From positions 1 to 23,589 of the forward strand of contig JAQGDQ010001839.1 of assembly GCA_030141605.1 (NCBI GenBank): a stretch of 23,589 nt of DNA, written 5' to 3'. The position numbers were made by a program, and so were the translations under genes. Below are positions 1 through 12,826 of the stretch, one piece after another. The notes under the pieces are model-generated. The model saw nothing but the letters and a program-made list of their open reading frames with translations, was not told the origin of the DNA and made no database searches. Source of the stretch: Tubiluchus corallicola (lineage: Eukaryota; Animalia; Priapulida). Numbering within the stretch: position 1 is the first letter of the stretch; each line of letters opens with the position of its first letter.

Positions 1-403
1 GAATAGTAACAAAATTCTCAGAGTTTATCCGTGGTTCCTCATCAAGTCAAGGATTAGACAATGACCTTTGATATCTACAGGGGAATCCGCTAAGGGAACT
101 GCAGCAGCATATTAATTTCGTATTGCAAGTGGCGAACATATAATTTAGACAGTACATTACCTTTCAACAAACCTGCTGCCACAGATTAATTTCTTTTAGA
201 TTTATCACAATTTTAAAGACTAGATAATCTAGAGACTTTAATAAAAGCTTTCAGAAAAAACTTAGGAAAAATGGAGACAAATAAACTTAATTAAATAGAA
301 GCCACAGATTCCCAGCAATAGTTCAGTGAAAACCAGTAACCTGGGAGATTTTTTTGCCATTTAATTTATGAAAATGAATACAAATATTCCTGACTATGAT
401 TTA

Positions 404-1370
<967 letters not shown>

Positions 1371-1823
1371 TCTGTTTATAAAAAATACGTTTCAGCCTGG
1401 TGTCGAATTTTTTAACTTCGTTAAAACCCACACAAAAATACAAGTGCTTGGGCAAGTATCACATTTGTCTGCAGATAAAATATTTGAGAAAATAATCTTA
1501 TTATCCGTAGCCAGAATGGCACAATGGGAAATCTTAAAACTGCTTCACTAAACGCTATTCTACTACTAGACTCATAGATAAACACCCGCAATAAAGAGAT
1601 TAGTCTGCTAAGACAGGCTTCCTCTCTTAGCGTCGTGACGTAATGAGATTACAAGGATGAGTCATCCTGACGAGAAGCCAGTGGTTACCAGAAACAACTA
1701 AACGATCCCGAATGGTAAGGGGTGCGTCAAGTGTTATCACCGCAAAAGCGAGTACGGATTAGGACAGCGACTATTTCAAATCCATGCAGACAAATGTTAA
1801 CGGGCTTAATTGGTTACACAAAT

Positions 1824-2243
1824 CCTGGAAAGTCATGGAAAAGTCGGGGAAAAGATAATTTGGTAAAATGTCAGGGACGATGATGAAAATGGGGCGAAAA
1901 GTCAGGGAAATTGGAAAGAGTTGCAGAAATAGTACAGTGAACGGATATTTTTAAGGGATTGGTGTTCAAATAAAATTTTCCAATGGCAGGCTCCCAGTTT
2001 TGCCTTCTGTTCCAAAAATAATGATTGGATTAAGAAAGTTTATTTAATGTGATTAGTGTAATTTCGTTAGCACTACTGCAACTGCGCAAACATATTATGT
2101 AGTGTATGTATGAATGTCCGTACAGAAAATTGTTTGAATACATATACTGGTAATGCAATTTCTGCTTATCTTGATCATGGAAAATCAATATTTGGTCAGA
2201 GAAAAGTCTGGGAAATTTATTTTAAAATTCTGTGGGAGCCCTA
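1824..2243 (-). mobile_element. MITE of the CAGGG(T/C)TCCCAC family, one end missing
   Basis: Reverse-complement homologue of 2892-3321; ends GTGGGAGCCCTA; flanked by the direct repeat TGGTTACACAAAT at 1811-1823 and 2244-2256. Confidence 0.85.
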
Positions 2244-2762
2244 TGGTTACACAAATTAAGAATGTCTAGATTTGTGGAAAGGGATAGAGCTGAATGTTCA
2301 TAATGTGCATCTACTGGCATAAGTTAAGAAGCCCTGAGCCTACTCAACAAATGGATGGATGAGAAAAAGTACTTACTTTTTCTCATAAATTTTTCTATAT
2401 TACACTTATTTTTTCTTTCCATATTCTCAGTTTTTAACTTTACTCACTAACCTTGGTCAAATTCTCCTGTTAATAAGACCCCATTTGAAACTACTACATG
2501 TAATAATCCTAATTACTGAATAATTGTTTTGTTTAGATTTTGGTATCCAACTTTATTATTATTTTTTCTTATTTGTTTTTCTTATCTGCAGCATCACCGT
2601 TAATTTTTAATAGACTAATCTACTTATAAGAAAGGGCAGGAGACAAGATGACCCTATGTTCCTTCCCTGCCCTGCTCCATGATTATAATTACTTAATATT
2701 TAACAAACTTTTGACGTTAGACTAATTGGAGAAAATAAATGTTCTATGTATGTCTATGTCTA
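2244..2762 (+). mobile_element. Probable degraded LINE (L2/Crack-like) 3' end
   Basis: Broken frame resembling the LWN..LP...FKK tail (CLDLWKGIELNV...VKK), a T-rich UTR, a GGGCAGG...CCTGCCC stem at about 2634-2672, and AATAAA followed by a short (TATGTC)n tail. Confidence 0.4.
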
Positions 2763-2891
2763 CTATGGAAACTCCTAAGCCCTAGGAAGTTTAATCTGAT
2801 ACACTGTGATAGATAATTCTCTAACTGTAGAAGGCTACATATTTTTCAACTCAGTATATCATCTTCGGGCAATAGTTTTGATAGTCAGGCA

Positions 2892-3321
2892 CAGGGCTCC
2901 CACAGAATTTTAAAATAAATTTCCCAGACTTTTCTCAGACCAAATATTGATTTTCCAGGATCAAGATAAGCAGAAATTGCATTACCACGTATTCAAACAA
3001 TTTTTTGTACGGACATTCATACATACACTACATAATATGTTTGCGCACTTGCAGTAGTGCTAACGAAATTATACTAATCACATTAAATAAACTTTCCTAA
3101 TCCATTAATTATTTTTGGAACAGAAATCGGAACTGGGAGCCTGCCATAGCAAAATTTTATTTGAACACGAATCGCTGAAAAATATCGGTTCACGGTGACT
3201 ATTTCTGCAACTCTTTCCAATTTCCCTGACATTTTACCAAATCATCTTTTTCCCCGACTTTTCCACGACAGCCTGTATTTTCAAGGATTTTCCAGGATTT
3301 TTCCTGACCGTGAGAACCCTG
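2892..3321 (+). mobile_element. MITE with 12-bp imperfect TIRs (CAGGGCTCCCAC...GTGAGAACCCTG), probably hAT-related
   Basis: TIRs seen directly; second copy at 1824-2243. No clean TSD, so the superfamily is inferred from the CAGGG end only. Confidence 0.8.
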
Positions 3322-4220
3322 CAGGTAGATTTCTGTTCAGCCAGAACAATTAGCAAGTGCGGCGAATCAAACTGCATAAAAAAGCAAAGAAAAAGTATAG
3401 AAAGGGATGAAAAATGTCATGAAATGAGAAAGGACATCAGAAAGTTTGAAGATCAAATTATATCTCACTAAATGTAAAATGTGATTAAAAATGTAAAATT
3501 TTTAAAAAAAAATTATGTAACGTAATACGTGTTATGTCAGTTTTGTAATGTCAAATGTATAATTAGTGTAAATGTAATGAGTGAAATTTATGTAATGTAA
3601 AGCATGTTTCTGTTAATTGCATCATGTCAAATGTATATATAGTGTAAAATATGTCATGTAAAATTTAATGTACTTTTGTAATATTGTTTTGTAAAAATAT
3701 TTTAATATGGTGTTTGTAAATATGTTCATTTATTGTATATAATTAGGCCTTAGTTTTGCACTTTAGTTTTTTTAGTCTGCACTGGACGCATTTGTCTTGA
3801 ACAGTGTTGTTATTTTAACATTACGCTGAGGCTTACTCAATTTTATTATAATGAGTGAACCATTTTAATGACAAGTAAAGAATTAATATATATATATATA
3901 AAACACTGACAAATCATCGTGAATAAATTCGAGAAACCCATCTGCCTAATTGCGCGCCGCTTCAAGTCCAGATACGATTTATCGGTTAAACGAGCCTGGC
4001 AAAGATTGCTGATTAACTAGCAATTTGTATTACCAACAAGGAAGACAAATTACACCAGTTCTGAGATGACAGGACGGCAGTCAACCAAGAGCTGATGGAG
4101 GTGATCAATAAAAGCATGAAATAAGTTGAAATTTTACGACCAGTCGACACCGGGCTGCGTTTATACACTTGAAGAGTCCACACTTCCACACAAGATTGTT
4201 TAAAAACTTGAAAACTGCTT

Positions 4221-4237
4221 TACTGCCCTCTGGTGGC
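4221..4237 (-). promoter_or_regulatory. Candidate CTCF site GCCACCAGAGGGCAGTA
   Basis: Close match to the bilaterian CTCF core consensus CCASYAGRKGGCRS; motif match only. Confidence 0.45.
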
Positions 4238-4352
4238 TTGTCGTTTATGCCAGAACAACTAAAATCAAACATGTTTTAAGTGAAAATGTGGTTTTATTGA
4301 CAGAAAGTGTCAATAGAATTACCAGCGACGTCGGGGAGAAGTAACTGTTGTT

Positions 4353-4828
4353 TTGCTGTGTATTATTCACTCAGAAGAGACTATTCGACATTAGAGGAGG
4401 CACATCCTAAAGCTTATAGAATTTCTCTTACAGAGTTAAAATGTCTGTAAAGAAAGCAGTGATGTAAAAGCCTCACACTTTACACTTAACTTACTACGTT
4501 AGCCTTACTAATTGCTGTGAATTATTCACTCAGAAGAGACTATTCGACATTAGAGGAGGCACATCCTAAAGCTTATAGAATTTCTCTTACAGAGTTAAAA
4601 TGTCTGTAAAGAAAGCAGTGATGTAAAAGCCTCACACTTTACACTTAACTTACTACGTTAGCCTTACTATTTGCTGTAAATTATTCACTCAGAAGAGACT
4701 ATTCGACATTAGAGGAGGCACATCCTAAAGCTTATAGAATTTCTCATACAGAGTTAAAATGTCTGTAAAGAAAGCAGTGATGCAAAAGCCTTATACTTTA
4801 CACTTGACTTACTACGTTAGCCTTACTT
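4353..4828. repeat. Tandem repeat, 159-bp unit x3
   Basis: TTATTCACTCAGAAGAGAC recurs at 4363, 4522 and 4681; copies are nearly identical. Confidence 0.95.
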
Positions 4829-5068
4829 GCATTTTACCTTACACTTACTACGAAATACCGAAGCAAGAATGTTTTTAATGTCAAACAAAACATCACAGCA
4901 ATCTCATGCTGCTTAGGAATAGTGCTGAGCCGATGTGACACACGTGAGTGAAGAGACTTGTTTCTCTCTGAAAAAGTTTCCTTACATATATATATATCTA
5001 AGCATTATTAGCTGTTTTTAAAAGGCTTGAAACCTTACTTAGCCAATTTCAATGAGTAAATAACTTAA

Positions 5069-5527
5069 CCCTTTCAGTCCCAAATTATTTTTTAATAAGA
5101 AAATTTTTTTTGGCTTGGTACTTTTGTTCAGTATGTCCATCTTGTTTGCACATAAAATTATTTTTTTCTACCTGTGCCCTGGTGGTAAATATAGCCTGTA
5201 TCCCACGGGATACATTGGGATTCAATGGAAGCATAAAATGTGCTTCATTTTGCAACTGCTGATAATTTTTTAAAGTATTTAAGACATTTAGTTATGCATG
5301 CTATGCTGATCTGTACAAAGTCGTCTCTAAGGTACTGTACCATGCGCAGTTTTTTATGCTAGGTAGATTTTCTAGTTTGCCATTTTATCACCATTTTTAG
5401 TCTATTGTTATTGGCTTAAATCAAAATAACTATTAACAGATCAAATAACTGTAAGTTTTAAAATTTTATTAATTTTAAAGGTAGAAAATATTCTCGTATC
5501 CCACTGGATACAACAGGTGTGAAAGGG
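5069..5527. mobile_element. piggyBac-type MITE
   Basis: TTAA at 5065-5068 and 5528-5531; TIRs CCCTTTCA...TGAAAGGG; internal palindromes GTATCCCACGGGATAC (5198-5213) and GTATCCCACTGGATAC (5496-5511). Confidence 0.88.
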
Positions 5528-5845
5528 TTAACAGTTCATGTAGAATCACGCATTTACAAATGACTTTTAATCTGCATAGATGAGCACTCAGCTGGCAGGA
5601 ATTGATACAGTAGTAGTCTCGAACCCAAACAAAAATTTCTTTCTTCCGTTACACGCGTGTCTTTAACATTCTACGTGTACCGATATCATAATTGTTTAAC
5701 AATTCTTTTTGAATTTCAGTTTATATTAAATTCTCTTATATTATATTATGTTGTATCATATTAAATTATATTATATTATATTAAACATAAACTCAAATAT
5801 ATATCTCGACTAAAAATTATAAGTTCATACATGGGTCATTATATA

Positions 5846-5860
5846 CTCTTCTCACACTCC

Positions 5861-5891
<31 letters not shown>

Positions 5892-5999
5892 TTTGCGCAC
5901 TCTCTCTCTCTGTCTGTCTCTGTCTATCTCTCTCCCTTTTTCTCTCTCTCTGTCTGTCTGTCTCTATCTCACTCTCTCTTTCTCTCTCTCTCTCTCTCC

Positions 6000-6032
<33 letters not shown>

Positions 6033-6066
6033 GTCTGTCTCTATCTCACTCTCTCTTTCTCTCTCC

Positions 6067-6114
<48 letters not shown>

Positions 6115-6235
6115 CTCTCCTCTCTTTTGCGCACTTTCTCTCTCTCTGTCTGTCTCTGTCTATCTCTCTCCCTTTTTCTCTCTCTCTCTGTCTCCCTCTC
6201 CCTCTCCCTCTCCCTCTCCCTCTCTCTCTGTCTCT
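5846..6235. repeat. Compound (CT)n microsatellite
   Basis: Direct inspection; an internal TTTTGCGCACT...CTGTCTATC block occurs twice. Confidence 0.98.
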
Positions 6236-6553
6236 ACAGAACGTGCACAACAGATGTGAAAAAATCTGCTAAATGAAAGATGTTCTTAAATTACTCTGCC
6301 CTGTTATTAATAAGGTTCCCTTGTATACAGAAAGGATACTGACAGAGCTTAAAACACTTGTAAAAATTTACTATGAAAATTTTAAAGTTATGTGAATAAT
6401 TACTTTTGTCATTACTGTTACAGACGTGAGGTGTACATATTGTTAATATCAAGGAAAAGAAACACTCTTGATAAGTTAGGCTTAAAAAATCGGCCTTGAA
6501 TTTTTTCTTGCTCAGATGCTGTCTTATTGCATACAAAACTTTTGAGCACTGTA

Positions 6554-7252
6554 TAGGTTTTACACGTCAAATGTAGACACAGGAAAGTTCAAATGTGACT
6601 TAGGTAAGTCAAATGTAGACACAGGAATTTCGAATGTGTTTTGGTAACTCAAATGTGACTTAGGTAAGTCAAATGCAGACATAGGAATTTCGAATGTGTT
6701 TTGGTAACTCAAATGTGACTTAGGTAAGTCAAATGCAGACATAGGAATTTCGAATGTGTTTTGGTAACTCAAATGTGACTTAGGTAAGTCAAATGTAGAT
6801 GCATTACTTTGAATAAATCGGTAATTAAGTTATTTAAGTGCAAATTAGAAAAAGGTAAACTACATATAGTGCATCTATTAGTAGGCCCATAATGTTGTTA
6901 TTTTAACTTAGGAGCAATTATTAAATTGAAATTAAAGAAGATTAAATTTAACATCCTTAAACTTTACCACCTATCCACATTTGAGAGACCAATGTCACAT
7001 TTGACTTGACATGTGTCTACATTTGACTTACCAAAAGCGCTCAAGATTTGTTAAAAACCATTGTTAACACATTTGAACTACCTAAGTCTACATTTGAGTT
7101 ACCAAGACACATTTGAACTACCTAGGTCTATATTTGAGTTACCAAGACACATTTGAATTACCTAAGTCTACATTTGAGTTACCAAGACACATTTGAACTA
7201 CCTAAGTCTACATTTGAGTTAACGTCGGTCTGCATTTGACATGTAAAACCTG
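6554..7252. mobile_element. Foldback-like MITE with TA flanks and inverted arrays of 20-bp subunits
   Basis: TIR of about 25 bp (TAGGTTTTACACGTCAAATGTAGAC / GTCTGCATTTGACATGTAAAACCTG) with TA on both sides; 60-bp repeats in the left arm (about 6588-6800) and 40-bp repeats in the right arm (about 7067-7220). Confidence 0.85.
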
Positions 7253-7288
7253 TATAAAACTTGTAAACTTCCGCAAAGACCGTTAAGA

Positions 7289-7528
7289 GCTGGGATGGTG
7301 ATGCAGTGCTGTTGGTGAGTCAGTGGTGCAAGCTGGGATGGTGATGCAGTGCTGTTGGTGAATCAGTGGTGCACACTGGGATGGTGATGCAGTGCTGTTG
7401 GTGAATCAGTGGTGCACACTGGGATGGTGATGCAGTGCTGTTGGTGAATCAGTGGTGCACGCTGGGATGGTGATGCAGTGCTGTTGGTGAATCAGTGGTG
7501 CATGCTGGGATGGTGATGCAGTGCTGTT
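7289..7528. repeat. Minisatellite, 43-bp unit x5.6
   Basis: Unit GCTGGGATGGTGATGCAGTGCTGTTGGTGAATCAGTGGTGCAC, with starts at 7289, 7332, 7375, 7418, 7461 and 7504. Confidence 0.96.
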
Positions 7529-8120
7529 TTACCAGGTGATGCAAATATTTGAAATGATTAAGAAGTTTCATTTCCCAATCACATGTCTTTCAAGCATAAT
7601 GTTAATGTAATGTAAGGATAATGTTAAGCAACATAACTTTGTGTGGATATCATTTTAGGTCATACTTTTACATTTTGTCTTTTCTTCCCTTTCAAATTAA
7701 AAACACCCATTGCCCCCTACGAACATTTTTACAGCTGCCACGTTGTTGTTTTTCACAGATTGCATAACATCTTCATCTTTTAATGCTCTCATAACCTAAT
7801 TAAAATCAATTCCAATTATAATGAGAGTCAGCTCTCGAGAGAGGGGTAGCTATAGCAACGTGATTGCGAAGTCCTACGTTTGCGTCACCGAGCCACAAAT
7901 CTCTCTAAAGTTGCTAATAAATATTAAATAATGTAGGAGAGCATTCAGGGAGGCGGTGAGTGCTCTGAGAGGCATGCTTTATGATAACTCGTTAGAGAGA
8001 ATTGCACAACCATTACACGGCTAAACTAATTGAGAAAATGCGCAGAGGGCAAGATGTTCCAGGAACAGCTAAGTACGTTCTAAAAAATGTTTCACAGAAA
8101 CTCATGTTACGAGTTCAGCG

Positions 8121-8642
8121 CAGGGATGAGAATGACAAATTGCAAAAAACTCTGAAACAGGCCGGGGGTTTGGGGGCTGCGTAGGCCAGCAATGGCGTTG
8201 AGGGGCAAAGTCCCCTTGCAGCCAGCAACAAATTGCAATTTTGTGACCATAGAGAGCCTCTAAGTGGACTTAAAATATCAGTTACCTTGTTTCATGCATA
8301 ATTTAAAATACCCAACTATCAAGGATACATGATACCTAATTGTCTCAAAAACGCCTAAGTACTGGCCGCTCCTATGCAAAAGTAAATAAAAACTGTCTGC
8401 AATTGACTCAAATAACTCCGCACAATTGATTCTATATTTTTATACATAGAGATATACACGTGGTTACACTGATGTACGCGATGTAAACAAAGTGACGGCG
8501 TGCTAACTAGCGGTCAGCTTGTGAAATAATGTACTGGGTCAGTAAAAATTTTCTCAACAAATTTACGCGATTTACAAAAATGGCACTACTGGTCTTGCAA
8601 AAACTCGGAATTCCGCGTATCTGCGGAAAATTCTCATCCCTG
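8121..8642 (+). mobile_element. hAT-type MITE, complete copy
   Basis: Perfect 13-bp TIR CAGGGATGAGAAT/ATTCTCATCCCTG; perfect 8-bp TSD GTTCAGCG at 8113-8120 and 8643-8650; second copy at 22224. Confidence 0.95.
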
Positions 8643-8856
8643 GTTCAGCGTTGAGATTACCAGCTTGAAAGACTTAAAATGTAACTAGAAATGAAAATTC
8701 TTAATAATAAGCTTTTTCGCGGTTCCAGTGATTGATGATGATCGCGAAAAGGTCAAAGGTTAAGTGTATCAGACAGTGAAATTAGTGTACACTTCACAAC
8801 ACTTTGCACCACATGCTATTCCAATACTACTAAGCAGTTTTAACAGCTAGGTAGAA

Positions 8857-9415
8857 CCTGACATAGATAATTGAAAATTTGCCTGCTGATACATTGGTGT
8901 TAAGAACCCCGAGTTCTGTACTTTGAGTTTTCTTTGTTTTCGCCGATTACAAATTGTTCAAAAATTCAAAAGTTGGTTCTTTGTTTTATTCTCGATTATA
9001 CATGTCTGGAATAGTGAGCTCGTTATTATACGTGTGACAGTGTGAGTCGTTCTGCTTTTAGAATAAATTAATTTTTGTTAAATTAAAAGTTTGTTTAGTT
9101 TGCATTTTTAAAAGTGTTGTTTGCATTCCTTCTACAAACTTGAATAGTAATAATTAAAGCCGTTTTAGGGGTTTGTTCATGAATGCCACGAACAAATAAA
9201 TTGTTAAAAAATGTTATTAAATTTGATTACAAACTAAATAATTGTATGCAAAATTGTTAAACTCGTATGCAATTTCAAGAACCTATCCTTACCGCATACA
9301 TGCTCTTAAAAGAAAGAAAGAAATTTTCCTCTGTGGCGAAAAAATTTAGGGTGAAATTTTTGTGTTATCTATTGTAACCACAGTGTTCCCTCACTTATCA
9401 AGGTGGGGCGGGGTT
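8857..9415 (+). repeat. Inverted duplication arm A
   Basis: Reverse complement of 12267-12826 with only scattered differences. Confidence 0.93.
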
Positions 9416-10025
9416 ACTTTCTTGTTACAGAGCAAGATTCTGCTAATAGTTATGCTACGGAATACTAATGCATAACTAAGTAAAGTCCACGTAAACTAAA
9501 TGAAGTTACCGAACTGATGCAGCAGACCGGACAGCTTTGTTTTACATGTATACATGTCATGTGACTGCTGTAGTTAAGACGCGTTGCTGTGGTACACTTA
9601 ACCTTTGACCTGCAGCAACTGCGTGCGCGCACAACGAAACTGTGAAAAGGCTTACTTAAAGTGTTCACACCAAACCACAAACTGTTATATGTCACTGACT
9701 CACTTTCGCAGTAAGCACCACTAACACACCAAAAAAAATGTATTTTTAACCGTATTGAAAAATATAGTAATTCAGAGAGTATGCTAAAATGCTCTGATTA
9801 TTTCCTCAAACTTTACACAATGTTATCTAATCTCATTTCGAATAACTTTCCGTTAAAAATGGCCGCACCTGATTGTATGCATAGGTGACATGGCACTCGA
9901 AAGTGATACAAAATTTCTAGCTTTGCATAAGTAAAGGGTTGTCTTGTACTTTAAAGAGAGACGATTTCGCGTTATGAATACTAACACAAAGCGCAATACT
10001 TTATTGGCACTGGTTGCTAGCTAAT

Positions 10026-10428
10026 GAATAGTAACAAAATTCTCAGAGTTTATCCGTGGTTCCTCATCAAGTCAAGGATTAGACAATGACCTTTGATATC
10101 TACAGGGGAATCCGCTAAGGGAACTGCAGCAGCATATTAATTTCGTATTGCAAGTGGCGAACATATAATTTAGACAGTACATTACCTTTCAACAAACCTG
10201 CTGCCACAGATTAATTTCTTTTAGATTTATCACAATTTTAAAGACTAGATAATCTAGAGACTTTAATAAAAGCTTTCAGAAAAAACTTAGGAAAAATGGA
10301 GACAAATAAACTTAATTAAATAGAAGCCACAGATTCCCAGCAATAGTTCAGTGAAAACCAGTAACCTGGGAGATTTTTTTGCCATTTAATTTATGAAAAT
10401 GAATACAAATATTCCTGACTATGATTTA

Positions 10429-10478
<50 letters not shown>

Positions 10479-10558
10479 AGAGAGAGAGTGAGGGGGAGAG
10501 AGAGAATGAGAAAGTGAGAGTGGGAGAGAGAGAGTGAGAGAGAGTGGAAGAGAGAGAA

Positions 10559-10562
<4 letters not shown>
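10026..10562 (+). repeat. Direct duplication copy B
   Basis: Matches 1-539. Confidence 0.95.
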
Positions 10563-10633
<71 letters not shown>

Positions 10634-10636
10634 GGA

Positions 10637-10719
<83 letters not shown>

Positions 10720-10737
10720 GGGAGAGAGAGTGAGAGT
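10434..10737. repeat. Compound (GA)n microsatellite
   Basis: Direct inspection. Confidence 0.98.
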
Positions 10738-11805
10738 GTATAATAAAAAAACAGAGAAAAAGGATAAGAGTGAATGACAAATTTATTTAATACTATAGGC
10801 TCATTTTGTAAAAACGTGTATAAGCTCAACACTTGTGTAAAGAGAAACAGAGGAAAGGACTAGAGATCCATGAGAAAGTTAATATAGAACCTTTATCAAG
10901 ATGCGATGAGTGTTATTGCTTAACTTAATTAAATGTAATCTTGAAAATTTATTTCATACTACAGCCTCGGCCTACGTCAGAAGGCATAATATTATAACGT
11001 AATTTATGAAAAGCCTTCGCGAAAAACAATGAACATTACGAAACCACGAGATTGAACTACAACTAGAATTAGGGACTCTTCCGCCCGAGGCGATTAAAAC
11101 AAAGTCTACAGTTATTGTTCACTACACTAATTATTCACCAGCCATAAATCAGCCTCTTCTTCGCTAACTTACCTTTTGTTTCTTGTACACGTAGAAAAAC
11201 GAAACACACAATGACTAACGCAATATGACTATGGATGTGTAGTATCTTCATCTTGAACTAGAAATGCGATTAAATCTTTGAAATGGATAGCTGTTATTTA
11301 AGCAATCTGTCTGTTCTTACACGCACACTTAATCCGCCAAAAGTTTGAAAGCAGCTACGATCTAGAACAAGGACAACTTTTAATCCCAACTTACTGCTGC
11401 TGTTCTAGTGATAACGCAACACAACAGTGTGCACGATCACTAATCATGTGTGCATTGACAAGTTGCTTTGTGCTGCCACCTTTAGTGTGTTTTTTTAAAC
11501 GGTATGCAGCCAGTAACTAATGTAATTACGTACATAAAACTGTGAGCCGTTAAGTAACCACTATAATTCATAAAAATAAATATTTTTTTGTTTTACACTA
11601 TAATTCTATTACAAAACTGCATATGTGTTAAAATTAAAATTGATGGTAATAACGCTATTTAATGCTTGTGTTTATTTACGTTTACGACTATTTAATACCA
11701 GCATATTCATGTGCAACAGCGAAATTTTTGGTTTAACGATTACGCAAAATTTTAGACTATTTTACAATAGCAGCAGTAGTTACAATAATTCACAATACAT
11801 AATTA

Positions 11806-12301
11806 CAGTGTTCCCTCGTTACTTTGCGGTTCGTTTGTCCCGGACTCGCTGTTTCGTGGATTTTCAAAAATATTAATGTAAAATATTTATCGCGGTATTT
11901 TCGCTGTTTCGCGGGTTTTTACGGTAGTCCGTCTAAAGTATTTTTGCACATGCGTAGTGCGTTTTGTACAGTAATGTATAGATTTGATGAATTTTGCATA
12001 AAAAATTACAAAATGTGATGCACCATTGCAAATTTTTAAAATTACATGTCTACGTTTAAGATTTTAAAACATTTTTATGAACATTTAACTAAAGGTTTTT
12101 TAAAGGATACATGTACAGTATGGCAAAAGTTATTAAGGGAATGGGAAAGGGTTATGTATAAGAGTGTGTGGAGGGTTTATAGACTTAAAATAATGTATAA
12201 TTACTAAAATAAGTATAGCTTTCCTACTTCGCAGATATTCACTTATGGTGGGTGGGCCTGGAACGGAACCCCTCCCCACCTCGATAAGTGAGGGAACACT
12301 G
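11806..12301 (+). mobile_element. Tc1/mariner (pogo/Tigger-like) MITE, copy 1
   Basis: TA|CAGTGTTCCCTC...GAGGGAACACTG|TA; homologous to 21348-21860. Confidence 0.92.
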
Positions 12302-12826
12302 TAGTTACAATAGATAACACAAAAAATTCACCCCAAATTTTTTCGCCACAGAGGAAAATTTCTTTCTTTCTTTTAAGAGCATGTATGCGGTAAGGATAGG
12401 TTCTTGAAATTGCATACGAGTTTAACAATTTTGCATACATTAATTTAGTTTGTAGTCAAATTTAATAACATTTTTTAACAATTTATTTGTTCGTGACATT
12501 CATGAACAAACCCCTAAAACGGCTTTAATTATTACTATTCAAGTTTGTAGAAGGAATGCAAACAACACTTTTAAAAATGCAAACCAAACAAAACTTTTAA
12601 TTTAACAAAAATTAATTTATTCTAAAAGCAGAACGACTCACACTGTCACACGTATAATAACGAGCTTACTATTCCAGACATGTATAATCGAGAATAAAAC
12701 AAAGAACCAACTTTTGAAGTTTTGAACAATTTGTAATCGGCGAAAACAAAGAAAACTCAAAGTACAGAACTCGAGGTTCTTAACACCAATGTATCAGCAG
12801 GCAAATTTTCAATTATCTATGTCAGG
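12267..12826 (-). repeat. Inverted duplication arm B
   Basis: Reverse complement of 8857-9415; overlaps the right end of the MITE at 11806-12301. Confidence 0.93.

Noticed and set aside
1650-1715. Hammerhead-like CTGACGA...GAAAC
   Set aside because: No G-C pair closing stem II and no stem I/III or NUH cleavage triplet in the right place.
3350-4125. TGTAA-rich stretch and a short broken frame (…QELMEVINKSMK*)
   Set aside because: Possibly old retroelement debris, but no diagnostic motif or splice pattern supports a call.
6560-6772. Repetitive 70-aa ORF, and the ORFs at 20698-20950
   Set aside because: By-products of the 60-bp and 46-bp tandem repeats.
11625-12018. Similar ORFs here and at 21194-21563 suggesting a gene family
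   Set aside because: The similarity comes from two copies of a non-coding MITE; no transposase motifs.
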